A stretch of 64,000 bases of DNA from an uncultured Oscillospiraceae bacterium. GTDB taxonomy: Bacteria > Bacillota > Clostridia > Oscillospirales > Ruminococcaceae. Made by a program: the position numbers and the translations under genes. The stretch is taken from contig CATJLA010000101.1 of the NCBI GenBank assembly GCA_949741215.1, positions 5,355 through 69,354 on the forward strand, given 5' to 3'. A model generated the notes under the pieces. The model ran no database searches and was not told the DNA's origin. It was given only the letters and a program-made list of their open reading frames with translations. This document shows positions 52,795 to 61,910 of the stretch, piece by piece; the stretch's first letter is position 1; every line of letters starts with the position of its first letter.

Positions 52795-53169
52795 ATGGAA
52801 GAAAAACAGGTAAACTTATGTGAAAGCGAATACCGACTTGCTGAAATTGTGTGGGAGCGGGAGCCGGTTTCCTCCGGGGAGCTGGTGGCCCTGTGCGAGG
52901 GGCGGCTGGGGGGGAAAAAATCCACCGTGTACACCGTGCTGAAAAAGCTGTGCCAAAAAGGCGTGCTGCAAAACGAAAACGCTACCGTTATCGCTTTGGT
53001 GAAGGCGGAGCAGGTGCAAAGATTTGACAGCGAGCAGCTGGTGAACGGCAGGTTTGGTGGCTCTCTGCCCCGGTTTTTAACCGCTTTTATGGCAGGGAAG
53101 AAAATCAGCCCTACCGAGGCCGAGGAACTGAAACAGCTGATTGACAGCTACCGGGAAAAGGAGGATTAA
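52795..53169 (+). CDS. BlaI/MecI/CopY family transcriptional repressor
   Basis: 124 aa reading EYRLAEIVWEREPVSSGELVALCEG...KKSTVYTVLKKLCQKGVL, a winged-helix penicillinase-repressor pattern. Confidence 0.88.
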   Translation: MEEKQVNLCESEYRLAEIVWEREPVSSGELVALCEGRLGGKKSTVYTVLKKLCQKGVLQNENATVIALVKAEQVQRFDSEQLVNGRFGGSLPRFLTAFMAGKKISPTEAEELKQLIDSYREKED

Positions 53170-53172
53170 CAG

Positions 53173-55437
53173 ATGGAGCGCGTATTTTTGCAGGTACTTA
53201 ACATGAGCCTTACTGGCAGCTATGTGATTATTGCGGTAATTTTGCTGCGGCAGCTTTTGCGCAAGGCTCCCAAACGGATTTCCTACGCTTTGTGGGCAGT
53301 GGCGCTGTTCCGGCTGGTTTGCCCCTTTTCGCTGGAAAGCTCGGTAAGCCTGCTGCCCTCCGCCAAGCCTCTGCCGGAGACAGTGCTGCTTTCCCACAGT
53401 CCGCAGGTACAAAGCGGCATCCGGGTGATTGACCAGGCGGTGCAGCTGCCTGCTCCTGCCCCGGGAGACAGTGCCAACCCTATGCAGATATGGATGTGGA
53501 TTCTGGGCATTGTTTGGGTAGTCGGCATAGTGCTTTTGCTGGGCTACAGCCTTATTTCCTGGCTGCTTTTACGGCGGCGTATTCAGGGCGCGGCCCTTTT
53601 AGGGGATGGCGTTTACTGCTCCGATACCGTACCGGAGCCCTTCGTCCTGGGGATGTTCCGCCCCAAAATCTATCTCCCCGCCGGGCTTAGTGAGCAGGAA
53701 ACGCAGTATATTGTCAGCCATGAGCGGTTTCATATCCAAAGGCATGATCCGTTTTTTAAAATGCTGGGCTTTTTTACCCTGTGCCTCCACTGGTTTAACC
53801 CGCTTGTGTGGATAGCTTTTCTGCTGATGACGAAAGACATGGAGATGTCCTGCGATGAAAGAGTGATTGAAAGCCTGGGTACAGGGGTAAAGCAGGAGTA
53901 TTCCCGCACGCTGCTGGCCTTTGCCTCTGCCAGCGGGATGCCCAAGGGTGCGCCCTTAGCCTTTGGAGAAAGCAACGTCAAGTCCCGCATCCGCAACGTT
54001 TTAAGCTATAAAAAGCCTGTTTTCTGGGTGACGGTAGTGCTGATGGTACTTCTGGCGGCAGTGGGGGTAGGCTTTTCGGTAAACCCACAAAGCTACCGTC
54101 CCTTGGGCAGGGTGGCGCCCGAACTGCCCTCCATCTCACCGGAGGTGGTTTCCAAGGTAGTGGTAGAGTCCCCGGCAAGAACGGCGGCCTTTGTTGAAAA
54201 GGACAGAATTGAGGAAATCTACCAGATGATTTCCCGGCTGCCGGTAAGCAGCAATGCCGCTTCTCAAAGCAGGGGGGACGGGGATTCGGTAACCCAAGTC
54301 ACCTTCTATGACAAGGATGTACCGGAGCAAATCCGTTTTCAGCTGCACATCAACGACGACATGACCCGGGTTTGGGTCGATAACATGATAGAACCTTCTT
54401 ATCCTTATGAGGTAGAGGACCCGGCGGTGCTGTTACGTCAGCTGGATAGCTTGCTGGGGCCGGCAGAGCCTTCCCAGTGGATTGAAGGCCAGCCCGGCGG
54501 CGGGGAGGATAGCTACCAGGCGGCTGTGGCGGAGGCCAGCGGATATGCGGAAGAAAACCCGTTTTTGAAAGAGCTTGACGACAGTATGGCCGTAGTTGAC
54601 CATAATGTGATCATTTCTATCCCGAACCGGCAGCTGCCGGAGGGGCAGAGCTTTACTCTTACCCTCACCTATACTCGGGGCGGGGAGGAGTACCCCCTGT
54701 TTGGCAGCCGTACCGAGCAGAATGCCTGGGAGCCGGGAACAACCTACCAGCAAATCCTGCCGGGGGGCGAGATTTTGGAGGGCAGTAAAGTCAACTGCAG
54801 GGTTGAGCTGCTGAACGCAGAGGGCAGGCTGCTTGGAAGCAGCAGCCACACCACCTACCTGCCGGAGGGCGAGCAGCACCGTGCTGCTGTGGAAATCCCG
54901 TCAGAAAGGGGAGAAGCCCACCTGCGCTTTATCAATATCTTTGGGGACAGCTTTGGCGTTACCATGAGCCTGCCGGAGGGCTTTACCTTCCGCCGGGTAA
55001 GCGACGACGACCTGGAAAGCCCCTACCCCTACTCCCAGCTGGCGCTTTTCAACGGAGAGCAGCAAATCGGCAGCTTTTTCTACGAAAGCTACGACACCTA
55101 CGAGGACATTCCCCCGCAGGAATACTACAAGGCGGTGTACAGCAGCATTATGATAGGCTCCATGATGAGCTGGCGGGAGGATTATGCCGAGGTGCGCCGG
55201 TTTGAGGACGGTGCGGCTGCCACCTGCACCGTGTGGGAGGTAAAGCCCCTGCCCGGCCAAAACACGGCGGAATCCCAGCGGGTAGAGGGCAAAGGGGTGC
55301 TTTGCTATAACGATAAGCTGCACATCTTCATCGCCCTTTCCATGGATGACAACAGCCTTACCGACGACCAGCTGCTTGCCCTGGCCCAAAGCGTTACCCT
55401 GGAGCCGGAAAGCTGGCAGCCTGCCGGGGCGCAATAA
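53173..55437 (+). CDS. BlaR1-like M56-family membrane metallopeptidase with ~440-aa non-PBP C-terminal domain
   Basis: N-terminal TM helices and SHERFHIQRHD (HExxH) in the M56 position. The large C-terminal extracytoplasmic region has no obvious SxxK/KTG penicillin-binding motifs. Confidence 0.8.
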   Translation: MERVFLQVLNMSLTGSYVIIAVILLRQLLRKAPKRISYALWAVALFRLVCPFSLESSVSLLPSAKPLPETVLLSHSPQVQSGIRVIDQAVQLPAPAPGDSANPMQIWMWILGIVWVVGIVLLLGYSLISWLLLRRRIQGAALLGDGVYCSDTVPEPFVLGMFRPKIYLPAGLSEQETQYIVSHERFHIQRHDPFFKMLGFFTLCLHWFNPLVWIAFLLMTKDMEMSCDERVIESLGTGVKQEYSRTLLAFASASGMPKGAPLAFGESNVKSRIRNVLSYKKPVFWVTVVLMVLLAAVGVGFSVNPQSYRPLGRVAPELPSISPEVVSKVVVESPARTAAFVEKDRIEEIYQMISRLPVSSNAASQSRGDGDSVTQVTFYDKDVPEQIRFQLHINDDMTRVWVDNMIEPSYPYEVEDPAVLLRQLDSLLGPAEPSQWIEGQPGGGEDSYQAAVAEASGYAEENPFLKELDDSMAVVDHNVIISIPNRQLPEGQSFTLTLTYTRGGEEYPLFGSRTEQNAWEPGTTYQQILPGGEILEGSKVNCRVELLNAEGRLLGSSSHTTYLPEGEQHRAAVEIPSERGEAHLRFINIFGDSFGVTMSLPEGFTFRRVSDDDLESPYPYSQLALFNGEQQIGSFFYESYDTYEDIPPQEYYKAVYSSIMIGSMMSWREDYAEVRRFEDGAAATCTVWEVKPLPGQNTAESQRVEGKGVLCYNDKLHIFIALSMDDNSLTDDQLLALAQSVTLEPESWQPAGAQ

Positions 55438-55712
55438 TACAAAACGCAAGCTTTTGGGACGGTACTGCCGCATTATTTTCTCCGGGTAACCGGGGGAGCT
55501 TGTACCGTCCCTGAATAATGGCCGTAGGCGGCCGAAAAAAGGACGAGCGAGAAGCGATTGCTTTTCTGCTCGTCCTTTCATTATTATAGCTTAGCTTTTG
55601 ATAGAAAGTTATCTTTATTAATAGTATGATCAGCTCTCTTCTACAACAGAAAATTCTAATGTATTATTTTGCTTCTTTTTACATTAGAATAATCTAAGAG
55701 GGGTGATGTAAA

Positions 55713-55895
55713 ATGCCGTTTGTGCCAAAGAAAACACAGAATAAGGTAGAAGCGGGATATAAAACCATCTACCTTCCCAAAACTATGATTGAAGAATTGG
55801 AAAAGATAGCTAAAGATCATTCCACCAGCTTTAACAACGTAATAGTAAGCATGATCGAGCAATGTTTGAAGGAAACTATAATACACTTGAAGTGA
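55713..55895 (+). CDS. Small ribbon-helix-helix (CopG-like) protein, paralog 1
   Basis: 60 aa with a basic N-terminus and YKTIYLPKTMIEELEKIAKDHSTSFNNVIVSMIEQCL (beta-alpha-alpha pattern). It aligns with paralogs 2 and 3. Confidence 0.6.
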   Translation: MPFVPKKTQNKVEAGYKTIYLPKTMIEELEKIAKDHSTSFNNVIVSMIEQCLKETIIHLK

Positions 55896-55920
55896 TACAT
55901 ATGCCAGACTATAAGAATCG

Positions 55921-55985
55921 GAACCTTTTTGGATTACGCCCTGCAAATGTGCATTGCTGAGGAAGACGAACCCCAAAAAACGCAG
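55921..55985 (+). pseudogene. Remnant 3' fragment of an RHH paralog
   Basis: GAACCTTTTTGGATTACGCCCTGCAAATGTGCATTGCTGAGGAAGACGAACCCCAAAAAA is about 80% identical (by eye) to 56261-56320, the 3' end of paralog 2. It encodes GTFLDYALQMCIAEEDEPQK but has no start. Confidence 0.6.
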
Positions 55986-56111
55986 TACACATTCCAAGCG
56001 CTATTTCTCACCGTAAAGTTAACATAAAAAGGAAACATAACTTTTCACATAAATAAAAACATATCTTACCACAAAATGAATGCTTACAATAATGTTAAGT
56101 GGAGGTGTGGT

Positions 56112-56327
56112 ATGAAAAACGAACCATTGATCATAAAACCAAAAAAACCAAAGGGCGAGGATGGATACAAGGTTTTTTCTATCCGCATCAAAGAGGAGCT
56201 TGTCTCCCAAATTGATGAAATTTCAGGAAAAACCGGCCACAGCAGAAATGAAGTTATTGGAACCTTTTTGGATTACGCCTTACAGATGTGTATTGTTGAA
56301 GAGGATAACCCTGAAAAAGCAGATTGA
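56112..56327 (+). CDS. Small ribbon-helix-helix (CopG-like) protein, paralog 2
   Basis: GGAGGTG lies 5 nt before the ATG. YKVFSIRIKEELVSQIDEISGKTGHSRNEVIGTFLDYAL. Confidence 0.6.
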   Translation: MKNEPLIIKPKKPKGEDGYKVFSIRIKEELVSQIDEISGKTGHSRNEVIGTFLDYALQMCIVEEDNPEKAD

Positions 56328-56638
56328 CAAACGCTTACATAATGCGGTCTGTACGTTGTAAATGGCTTAGGACAAACAGACTGTGCGATGTCCCGAAAAA
56401 AGGGAACGCCTGGCCCTCGGTTTGTTAAAATTACATTGTCGTCCGGAAAATGCTCCATAATGTCCTCTACCCGGCAGTTGAGAATATTGCAGAGTTTATC
56501 GATTGTGTTTACCTCCACGTTGCGGTTGTGACGAAGCCGGTTGAGTTGAGACTGGTTTACATTGTAGGTTGTATATAAACTGTATTGGCTAATGCCGCGC
56601 TTTTTCATGGTTTCCCACAATTTGTCGTACTTTATCAT
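56273..56638 (-). CDS. XRE-family helix-turn-helix protein
   Basis: MIKYDKLWETMKKRGISQYSLYTTYNVNQSQLNRLRHNRNVEVNTIDKLCNILNCRVEDIMEH is a typical small Cro/C1-type HTH. Its 3' end overlaps the RHH paralog 2 3' end by 55 nt (convergent). Confidence 0.75.
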   Translation of the reverse strand: MIKYDKLWETMKKRGISQYSLYTTYNVNQSQLNRLRHNRNVEVNTIDKLCNILNCRVEDIMEHFPDDNVILTNRGPGVPFFRDIAQSVCPKPFTTYRPHYVSVCQSAFSGLSSSTIHICKA

Positions 56639-56799
56639 TTTATCTCCGCTTTCTTTGTCGCATCTTTGTGGAAGGTGTCGAAATATTGTTATTGTTTTTC
56701 TTTTATTATGGAGATAAAATTGTAATATAAACAAGGTTCACATACGAAGGTGAATCTAAGTATTCCGTTTAAAAAAGCGGGGAAAGCGAGGATTTGTTT

Positions 56800-57120
56800 G
56801 TGAAAAAGCTACAGGAAATGAGCAAACGCACCTACGAGTGGTTAGAGGGCCTGCTGGAATTGGAGGAGTCTTCCCCAGAAGTACAGCGCTTTTTTCAAGG
56901 ACGAAGCGCAGATTTTGATCTCTGCGGCGAGTCTCATCAAGCGATATACGAGGCCAGGGAGAGGCTGCTGGACAAGCTGCATGCCGAGGAGGATACCGAT
57001 TTGGAGATTATATTGGTGGAGTTCTATCACATCAGCCGGAAGATGTGCGAAAGGGCTTTTCATTTCGGGGCAGAGTATGCTGCCGGCCAATGCACAAAGC
57101 TAACCGCAGCAGAGGACTGA
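56800..57120 (+). CDS. Hypothetical small acidic protein, divergent from the XRE gene
   Basis: GTG start 7 nt after GAGGA. 106 aa, helical and acidic (EWLEGLLELEESSPEVQRFF...). No family recognised. Confidence 0.45.
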   Translation: MKKLQEMSKRTYEWLEGLLELEESSPEVQRFFQGRSADFDLCGESHQAIYEARERLLDKLHAEEDTDLEIILVEFYHISRKMCERAFHFGAEYAAGQCTKLTAAED

Positions 57121-57309
57121 CCGACGTCCATAAAATGAACCGCAGGCTTTAAGAAAAACCGGGGAAAAGCCCAAACCGGAAAGTCTTATCATAACGTTCC
57201 TCAAAATCTGTTCTACAGGGGTACACGATTCCCTATTAACTCTTCCTTTTTACTGGAAATTGGTGTAAAATAAAAAAAGCCTGAAAAAGGCTGAAAAAAG
57301 GAGGAATTG

Positions 57310-58302
57310 ATGATGTACCAAGCAGCACAAGACAGATACGAAAAGCTGCCGTACCGCCGCTGCGGAAAAAGCGGTGTGAAGCTGCCCTTTCTTTCCCTGG
57401 GGTTCTGGCACAATTTTGGGGAGACTACCCCCTATAACCAGGCCAAAGAGATGATTTTAGGCGCTTTTGACCGGGGTATTACCCACTTTGACATCGCCAA
57501 TGGGTATGGCCCGCCGGCAGGAGGCGCGGAAAGAGTGTTTGGGAAGCTGATCAGCCAGGAGCTGAAAAGCTATCGGGACGAGATCTTAGTTTCTACCAAA
57601 GCGGGATACCGTGCGTGGGAAGGCCCCTACGGCGAGTGGGGTTCCCGGAAGAACCTGATGGCTTCCTTAGACCGAAGCCTGTTGAACCTGGGGCTGGATT
57701 ATGTGGATATTTTCTATCACCACCGGCCAGACCCGGAAACCCCTTTGGAGGAAACGGTGGCCGCTTTGGCGGATATGATCCATCAAGGAAAAGCGCTGTA
57801 TGTGGGGATCTCCAACTACAATGCTTATCAAACCGCTGAAATTCTGCCGGTTTTTGAAAAGGCCGGTGTACATTGCCTGTTGCATCAGGTGCCCTATTCC
57901 ATGTTCAACCGCAAGGCGGAGGAAGGGCTTTTTCAAGTACTGGAGCGTCATGGCGTGGGGGCCATTGCCTTTATGTGCTTAGCTCAGGGGATGCTGACAA
58001 ACAAGTATTTTAACGGTATTCCAAACGATTCCCGCGCTGCGGGAGCCAGTCGTTTTTTAACTCCGGAACAGGTTACTCCCGAAAAAATTGCCAAGGCAAA
58101 ACAGCTGGATGAGCTGGCGGCCCAGCGGGGGCAGTCCCTGGCGGAAATGGCCATTGCCTGGAGTATCCGGAAGGCGCCGGTGGCCTCTATTTTAATCGGC
58201 GCCAGCAGATTAGAACAGATCGACCAGAATATGAAAGCTCTGAACAACCTGGATTTCTCTCAGGAAGAGCTTGATATTATCGATAAAATTCTCATGCAAT
58301 AG
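57310..58302 (+). CDS. Aldo/keto reductase (YghZ/L-glyceraldehyde-3-phosphate reductase-like)
   Basis: YRRCGKSGVKLPFLSLGFWHNFG...GITHFDIANGYGPPAGGAE...YVDIFYHHRPD is a typical AKR pattern. Confidence 0.88.
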   Translation: MMYQAAQDRYEKLPYRRCGKSGVKLPFLSLGFWHNFGETTPYNQAKEMILGAFDRGITHFDIANGYGPPAGGAERVFGKLISQELKSYRDEILVSTKAGYRAWEGPYGEWGSRKNLMASLDRSLLNLGLDYVDIFYHHRPDPETPLEETVAALADMIHQGKALYVGISNYNAYQTAEILPVFEKAGVHCLLHQVPYSMFNRKAEEGLFQVLERHGVGAIAFMCLAQGMLTNKYFNGIPNDSRAAGASRFLTPEQVTPEKIAKAKQLDELAAQRGQSLAEMAIAWSIRKAPVASILIGASRLEQIDQNMKALNNLDFSQEELDIIDKILMQ

Positions 58303-58510
58303 TCCGGGCTTTTCTGCTGACAGGGTGCGGGAATTAGCGTAAAGGCTATATTTTCGCACCCGTTTGCTCTTTTTTTTCAGGACAAGACTGCACTCTTGTT
58401 TTCCGGCGCACTGGGGGCAGTCTCCTGCTGAAAATCAGCAGATTATCGAATGTCACTGGGCAGAACTGCCCGGAAGAAGACGTCGCCGGAGCAAAAGGAG
58501 ATGCAGATCA

Positions 58511-58903
58511 ATGGAAAAGAAAGCTTCCAAAGGCAGAGGGCGGCCGCCCCGCGGGGATGCCATGAAGGAACGGATTTTTGTGCTGACCAACCTGGAAATG
58601 CAGCAAAAACTGGAAAAATCCAGAGAAATTTCCGGCAAAACCACCTCAGATCTGGTGAGAATCGGGCTGGATTGGGCCTATGCCGTGCTGACCGGGAAGC
58701 CGCCGGAATTTTTAACACAGCTGGAATCTCAGCTGCGCACCTCCAAAAAGGAGCAGAAGGAGTGGGATGAAATTTCGGCCCACTCCGCCTATAAAGAAAA
58801 GCCTGCCCAGGGAACTGGAACCGGCACAAAACCTTTGCCAAAGCCAACAGAACCCAAGCCGGAGGAAGCTCCGAAAAGGCCGCTGCCCTCTCATCTGCTG
58901 TAA
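58511..58903 (+). CDS. Ribbon-helix-helix protein, paralog 3, with Pro/Lys/Glu-rich C-terminal tail
   Basis: KERIFVLTNLEMQQKLEKSREISGKTTSDLVRIGLDWAY shares EISGKT..S..V.G.LD.A with paralog 2. The tail is KPAQGTGTGTKPLPKPTEPKPEEAPKRP. Confidence 0.55.
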   Translation: MEKKASKGRGRPPRGDAMKERIFVLTNLEMQQKLEKSREISGKTTSDLVRIGLDWAYAVLTGKPPEFLTQLESQLRTSKKEQKEWDEISAHSAYKEKPAQGTGTGTKPLPKPTEPKPEEAPKRPLPSHLL

Positions 58904-59431
58904 ATGGAGGCTTGGGCGACGCTTTGTAGAGTTCTTTTTTGAGACGGATCCAATATTCCTTGATAAAAATCCTTTGCCAAAAGGCCAAAAACTGGCGGAT
59001 TTCCTTATTTTATTTCTCTGATAACAGGAAATTTCTTTGTTAAAAGCGGAAATTTGACCATTATCCCCAGTTTTTCGGCAAAAATTCGGCAAATGATTTC
59101 TCTTTTCTACAATGAAATTTTACGACTTTTCCCCTATACAAGTCTTTTTGGGGAATGCTATAATATAAGAAGCTGTGTCAATCGCCATTCACAGCATTTT
59201 TGGGGCGGGTCTGTTTGATCTATATGCCCCGGCTAATGGCACCATTTTTAGGACAGACTGCAGTGGGAGGCTGAAAGCCAAAAGCGCTGTCATGTCCAGC
59301 AAAACCGGATAGTAAGTAAGGAAACGAGTGAAAAACGGAATGTGCAGTGCGGAGGTTTCTTTTCCGGGACCGGCTGCGACCGGCTTGAAAGAAACAACGG
59401 AAGCCGCCTGCAAAAGAAAGGATAAGGAAAA

Positions 59432-61219
59432 ATGACATTTTTTGACTTGATTGGCCTATTTGGCGGGCTGGCATTGTTTTTATACGGCATGTCCGGCCTG
59501 GGTTCCGGCCTGGAAAAGCTTTCCGGCGGCCGGCTGGAACATACTTTGGAAAAATTAACCAACAACATCCTCAAAAGCGTGCTGCTGGGCGCGACGGTTA
59601 CGGCAGCGGTGCAAAGCTCCTCTGCCACTACAGTAATTGTGGTTGGTTTGGTAAACGCCAAAATTTTGAAGCTGAAGCAGGCTATCGGCGTGATTATGGG
59701 GGCAAATATCGGTACTACCATCACCGCCCATATTTTGCGCTTGAGCGATATTTCCGGCGACAGCTTTTTTCTCCAGATGCTGAAGCCCACCACCCTTGCC
59801 CCTTTAGTGGGCATTATCGGCATTATCCTGTTTATGATGCCGAATAAAACGGACCGAAAGGACATCGGACAGATCCTGCTGGGGTTTTGCGTGCTGTTTA
59901 CCGGTATGTTCACCATGGAAGCCGCAGTGGCCCCTTTGAAGGAAGTTCCAGCCTTTGCTCAGCTGTTCCAGCAGTTTTCCAACCCCATTTTGGGGGTTCT
60001 GATTGGCGCTTTTGTCACTGCTGTTATTCAAAGCTCCTCCGCCTCGGTGGGTATTCTGCAGGCTCTCAGCTCTACCGGGATGATCCCCTACTCAGCGGCT
60101 GTTCCAATCATTCTGGGGCAGAATATCGGCACCTGTGTCACCCCCATGCTGGCGTCTATCGGGGCAAGCCGCAGTGCAAAACGTACCGCTTTAGTCCACC
60201 TGTTTTTTAATGTATTGGGCAGTATCCTGTTTTTGGCGGGGCTGTACACTATTTATTATACAGTAGGCTTCTCCTTTTGGGAAAGCCCGATTGATAAGGG
60301 CGGCATTGCAAACTTCCACTCGTTGTTCAACATTATCATCACCCTGGTGTTTATCCCGCTGGCCGGGCTTTTGGAGAAGATTGTCACCACTTTGATCCAT
60401 CCCTCGGAGCAGGAGCTACAGCAGGACGATACCACTCTTTTGCTGGATAGCCGCTTTATGGTCTCCCCCGGCCTTGCCATTGACCAAGCCCGGCTTGCTG
60501 TGGCAAGAATGGCCCGGTTGGCTGGAGAAAATATGAATATCAGCGTGACACAGTTTCAGGGCTATGACGCTAAAAAGGCGGATCAGATGCGGGAAAGTGA
60601 GATGGCTATCGATAAGCTGGAGGATAAGCTGCGGGTTTATCTGCTGAGCCTGACCGAACGGGAGCTTACCGACATTGAAAGCCACCGGATTACAGCCCTT
60701 CTGCAAATGCTTACCGAATTTGAGCGGATCGGGGATTATTCCATCAACCTGCTGGAATGTGCCGAGCAGCTGAAACAAGCCGGGGCCACCCTCTCCCCCA
60801 CTGCTCAGATGGAATTTACCGCTATTTCCCACGCTGTTGGGGAAATTGTACTGCTGGCAGAGCAGGCGTTTCTTCATCAGGACGAAAATATTGCCATTAA
60901 CATCGAGCCCCTGGAGCAGGTGATTGACCTGATGGAGGAGCTGCTGAAAACCCGTCATATTGAGCGGCTGAAGGCAGGTAAATGCTCCGCTGAGGTGGCC
61001 TTCCCCTTTATCGACGCTTTAAGCCACCTGGAGCGAATTGCCGACCACTGCTCCAATGTGGGGGTTTATATCATCGGTTATGGAAAAGATGTCAGCGACT
61101 TTGACCGCCACGAGTATCTGCGGAAGATTCACCAGGGCGAAACCCGTCACTATACGGAAAAATATCAGTTCTACACCGGCAAATATTTGGACCTTATCAA
61201 GCCGGAGCCCCAAACATAA
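59432..61219 (+). CDS. Na/Pi cotransporter family protein with C-terminal PhoU-like domain
   Basis: 595 aa with duplicated Na/Pi-cotransporter TM repeats (QSSSATTVIVVGL, QSSSASVGILQAL) and a helical PhoU-like C-terminus. Confidence 0.88.
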   Translation: MTFFDLIGLFGGLALFLYGMSGLGSGLEKLSGGRLEHTLEKLTNNILKSVLLGATVTAAVQSSSATTVIVVGLVNAKILKLKQAIGVIMGANIGTTITAHILRLSDISGDSFFLQMLKPTTLAPLVGIIGIILFMMPNKTDRKDIGQILLGFCVLFTGMFTMEAAVAPLKEVPAFAQLFQQFSNPILGVLIGAFVTAVIQSSSASVGILQALSSTGMIPYSAAVPIILGQNIGTCVTPMLASIGASRSAKRTALVHLFFNVLGSILFLAGLYTIYYTVGFSFWESPIDKGGIANFHSLFNIIITLVFIPLAGLLEKIVTTLIHPSEQELQQDDTTLLLDSRFMVSPGLAIDQARLAVARMARLAGENMNISVTQFQGYDAKKADQMRESEMAIDKLEDKLRVYLLSLTERELTDIESHRITALLQMLTEFERIGDYSINLLECAEQLKQAGATLSPTAQMEFTAISHAVGEIVLLAEQAFLHQDENIAINIEPLEQVIDLMEELLKTRHIERLKAGKCSAEVAFPFIDALSHLERIADHCSNVGVYIIGYGKDVSDFDRHEYLRKIHQGETRHYTEKYQFYTGKYLDLIKPEPQT

Positions 61220-61312
61220 TTCCTTTTTAGGACATCGCCGCGCGCTGCGCCCTAAACGGGCCCAGGCTGCCAAAAGGTCCTGCTCATCCCAACAGAAAGG
61301 CGGAAACCGAAG

Positions 61313-61816
61313 ATGGATATTACCGGCTTCTATCGCAAACTGCCGGAATATTGGCAAAAGCATCCCCTTGCCGCAAGGGCTGCCCGCCTGGGGGTAGAGT
61401 GGTTGCCGCTGCTTACTGCCATCGGGTATGCGGCCGGCAGCTTTTTCTGCGGTGGAATGGCTTTGCTGGTGCCCTATCTGATGGTTCCCGCCACCGGGCT
61501 GGCCATGATTACACTGCTCCGGCACCTTTGGAACCGCTCACGTCCCTATGACAAGCTGAAGATTCAGCCGCTGGTACCCATAAAGTCGGGCAAGGGGCAC
61601 AGCTTTCCCAGCCGTCACACTGCCAGCGCGGTGCTGATTGCCGTAGCCTGCTGGCAGCTGCACCCGGTTTTTGGCTTGATCATGGGCTTTTTGTCTGTTC
61701 TGGTTGCAATAAGCCGGGTGCTTTCCGGGGTACATTATCTTTCGGACATCGCGGCAGGGGCGGTGCTGAGCCTGCTTTGGGGGCTTGTGGGATTTTGGGC
61801 TTTTCATCCGTTTTAG
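61313..61816 (+). CDS. PAP2-family phosphatase (undecaprenyl-diphosphatase BcrC-like)
   Basis: Motifs NRSRPYD, PSRHTASA and SRVLSGVHYLSD (acid phosphatase KX6RP / PSGH / SRX5HX3D). Confidence 0.85.
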   Translation: MDITGFYRKLPEYWQKHPLAARAARLGVEWLPLLTAIGYAAGSFFCGGMALLVPYLMVPATGLAMITLLRHLWNRSRPYDKLKIQPLVPIKSGKGHSFPSRHTASAVLIAVACWQLHPVFGLIMGFLSVLVAISRVLSGVHYLSDIAAGAVLSLLWGLVGFWAFHPF

Positions 61817-61910
61817 TAAAAGCACAGACCAAGTTCGAAAATACGCTATTACAAAGTGTGTTTTGTATACATTGTACTAAAATCAACAAAATTGTTTGGA
61901 GGTAAAATTT

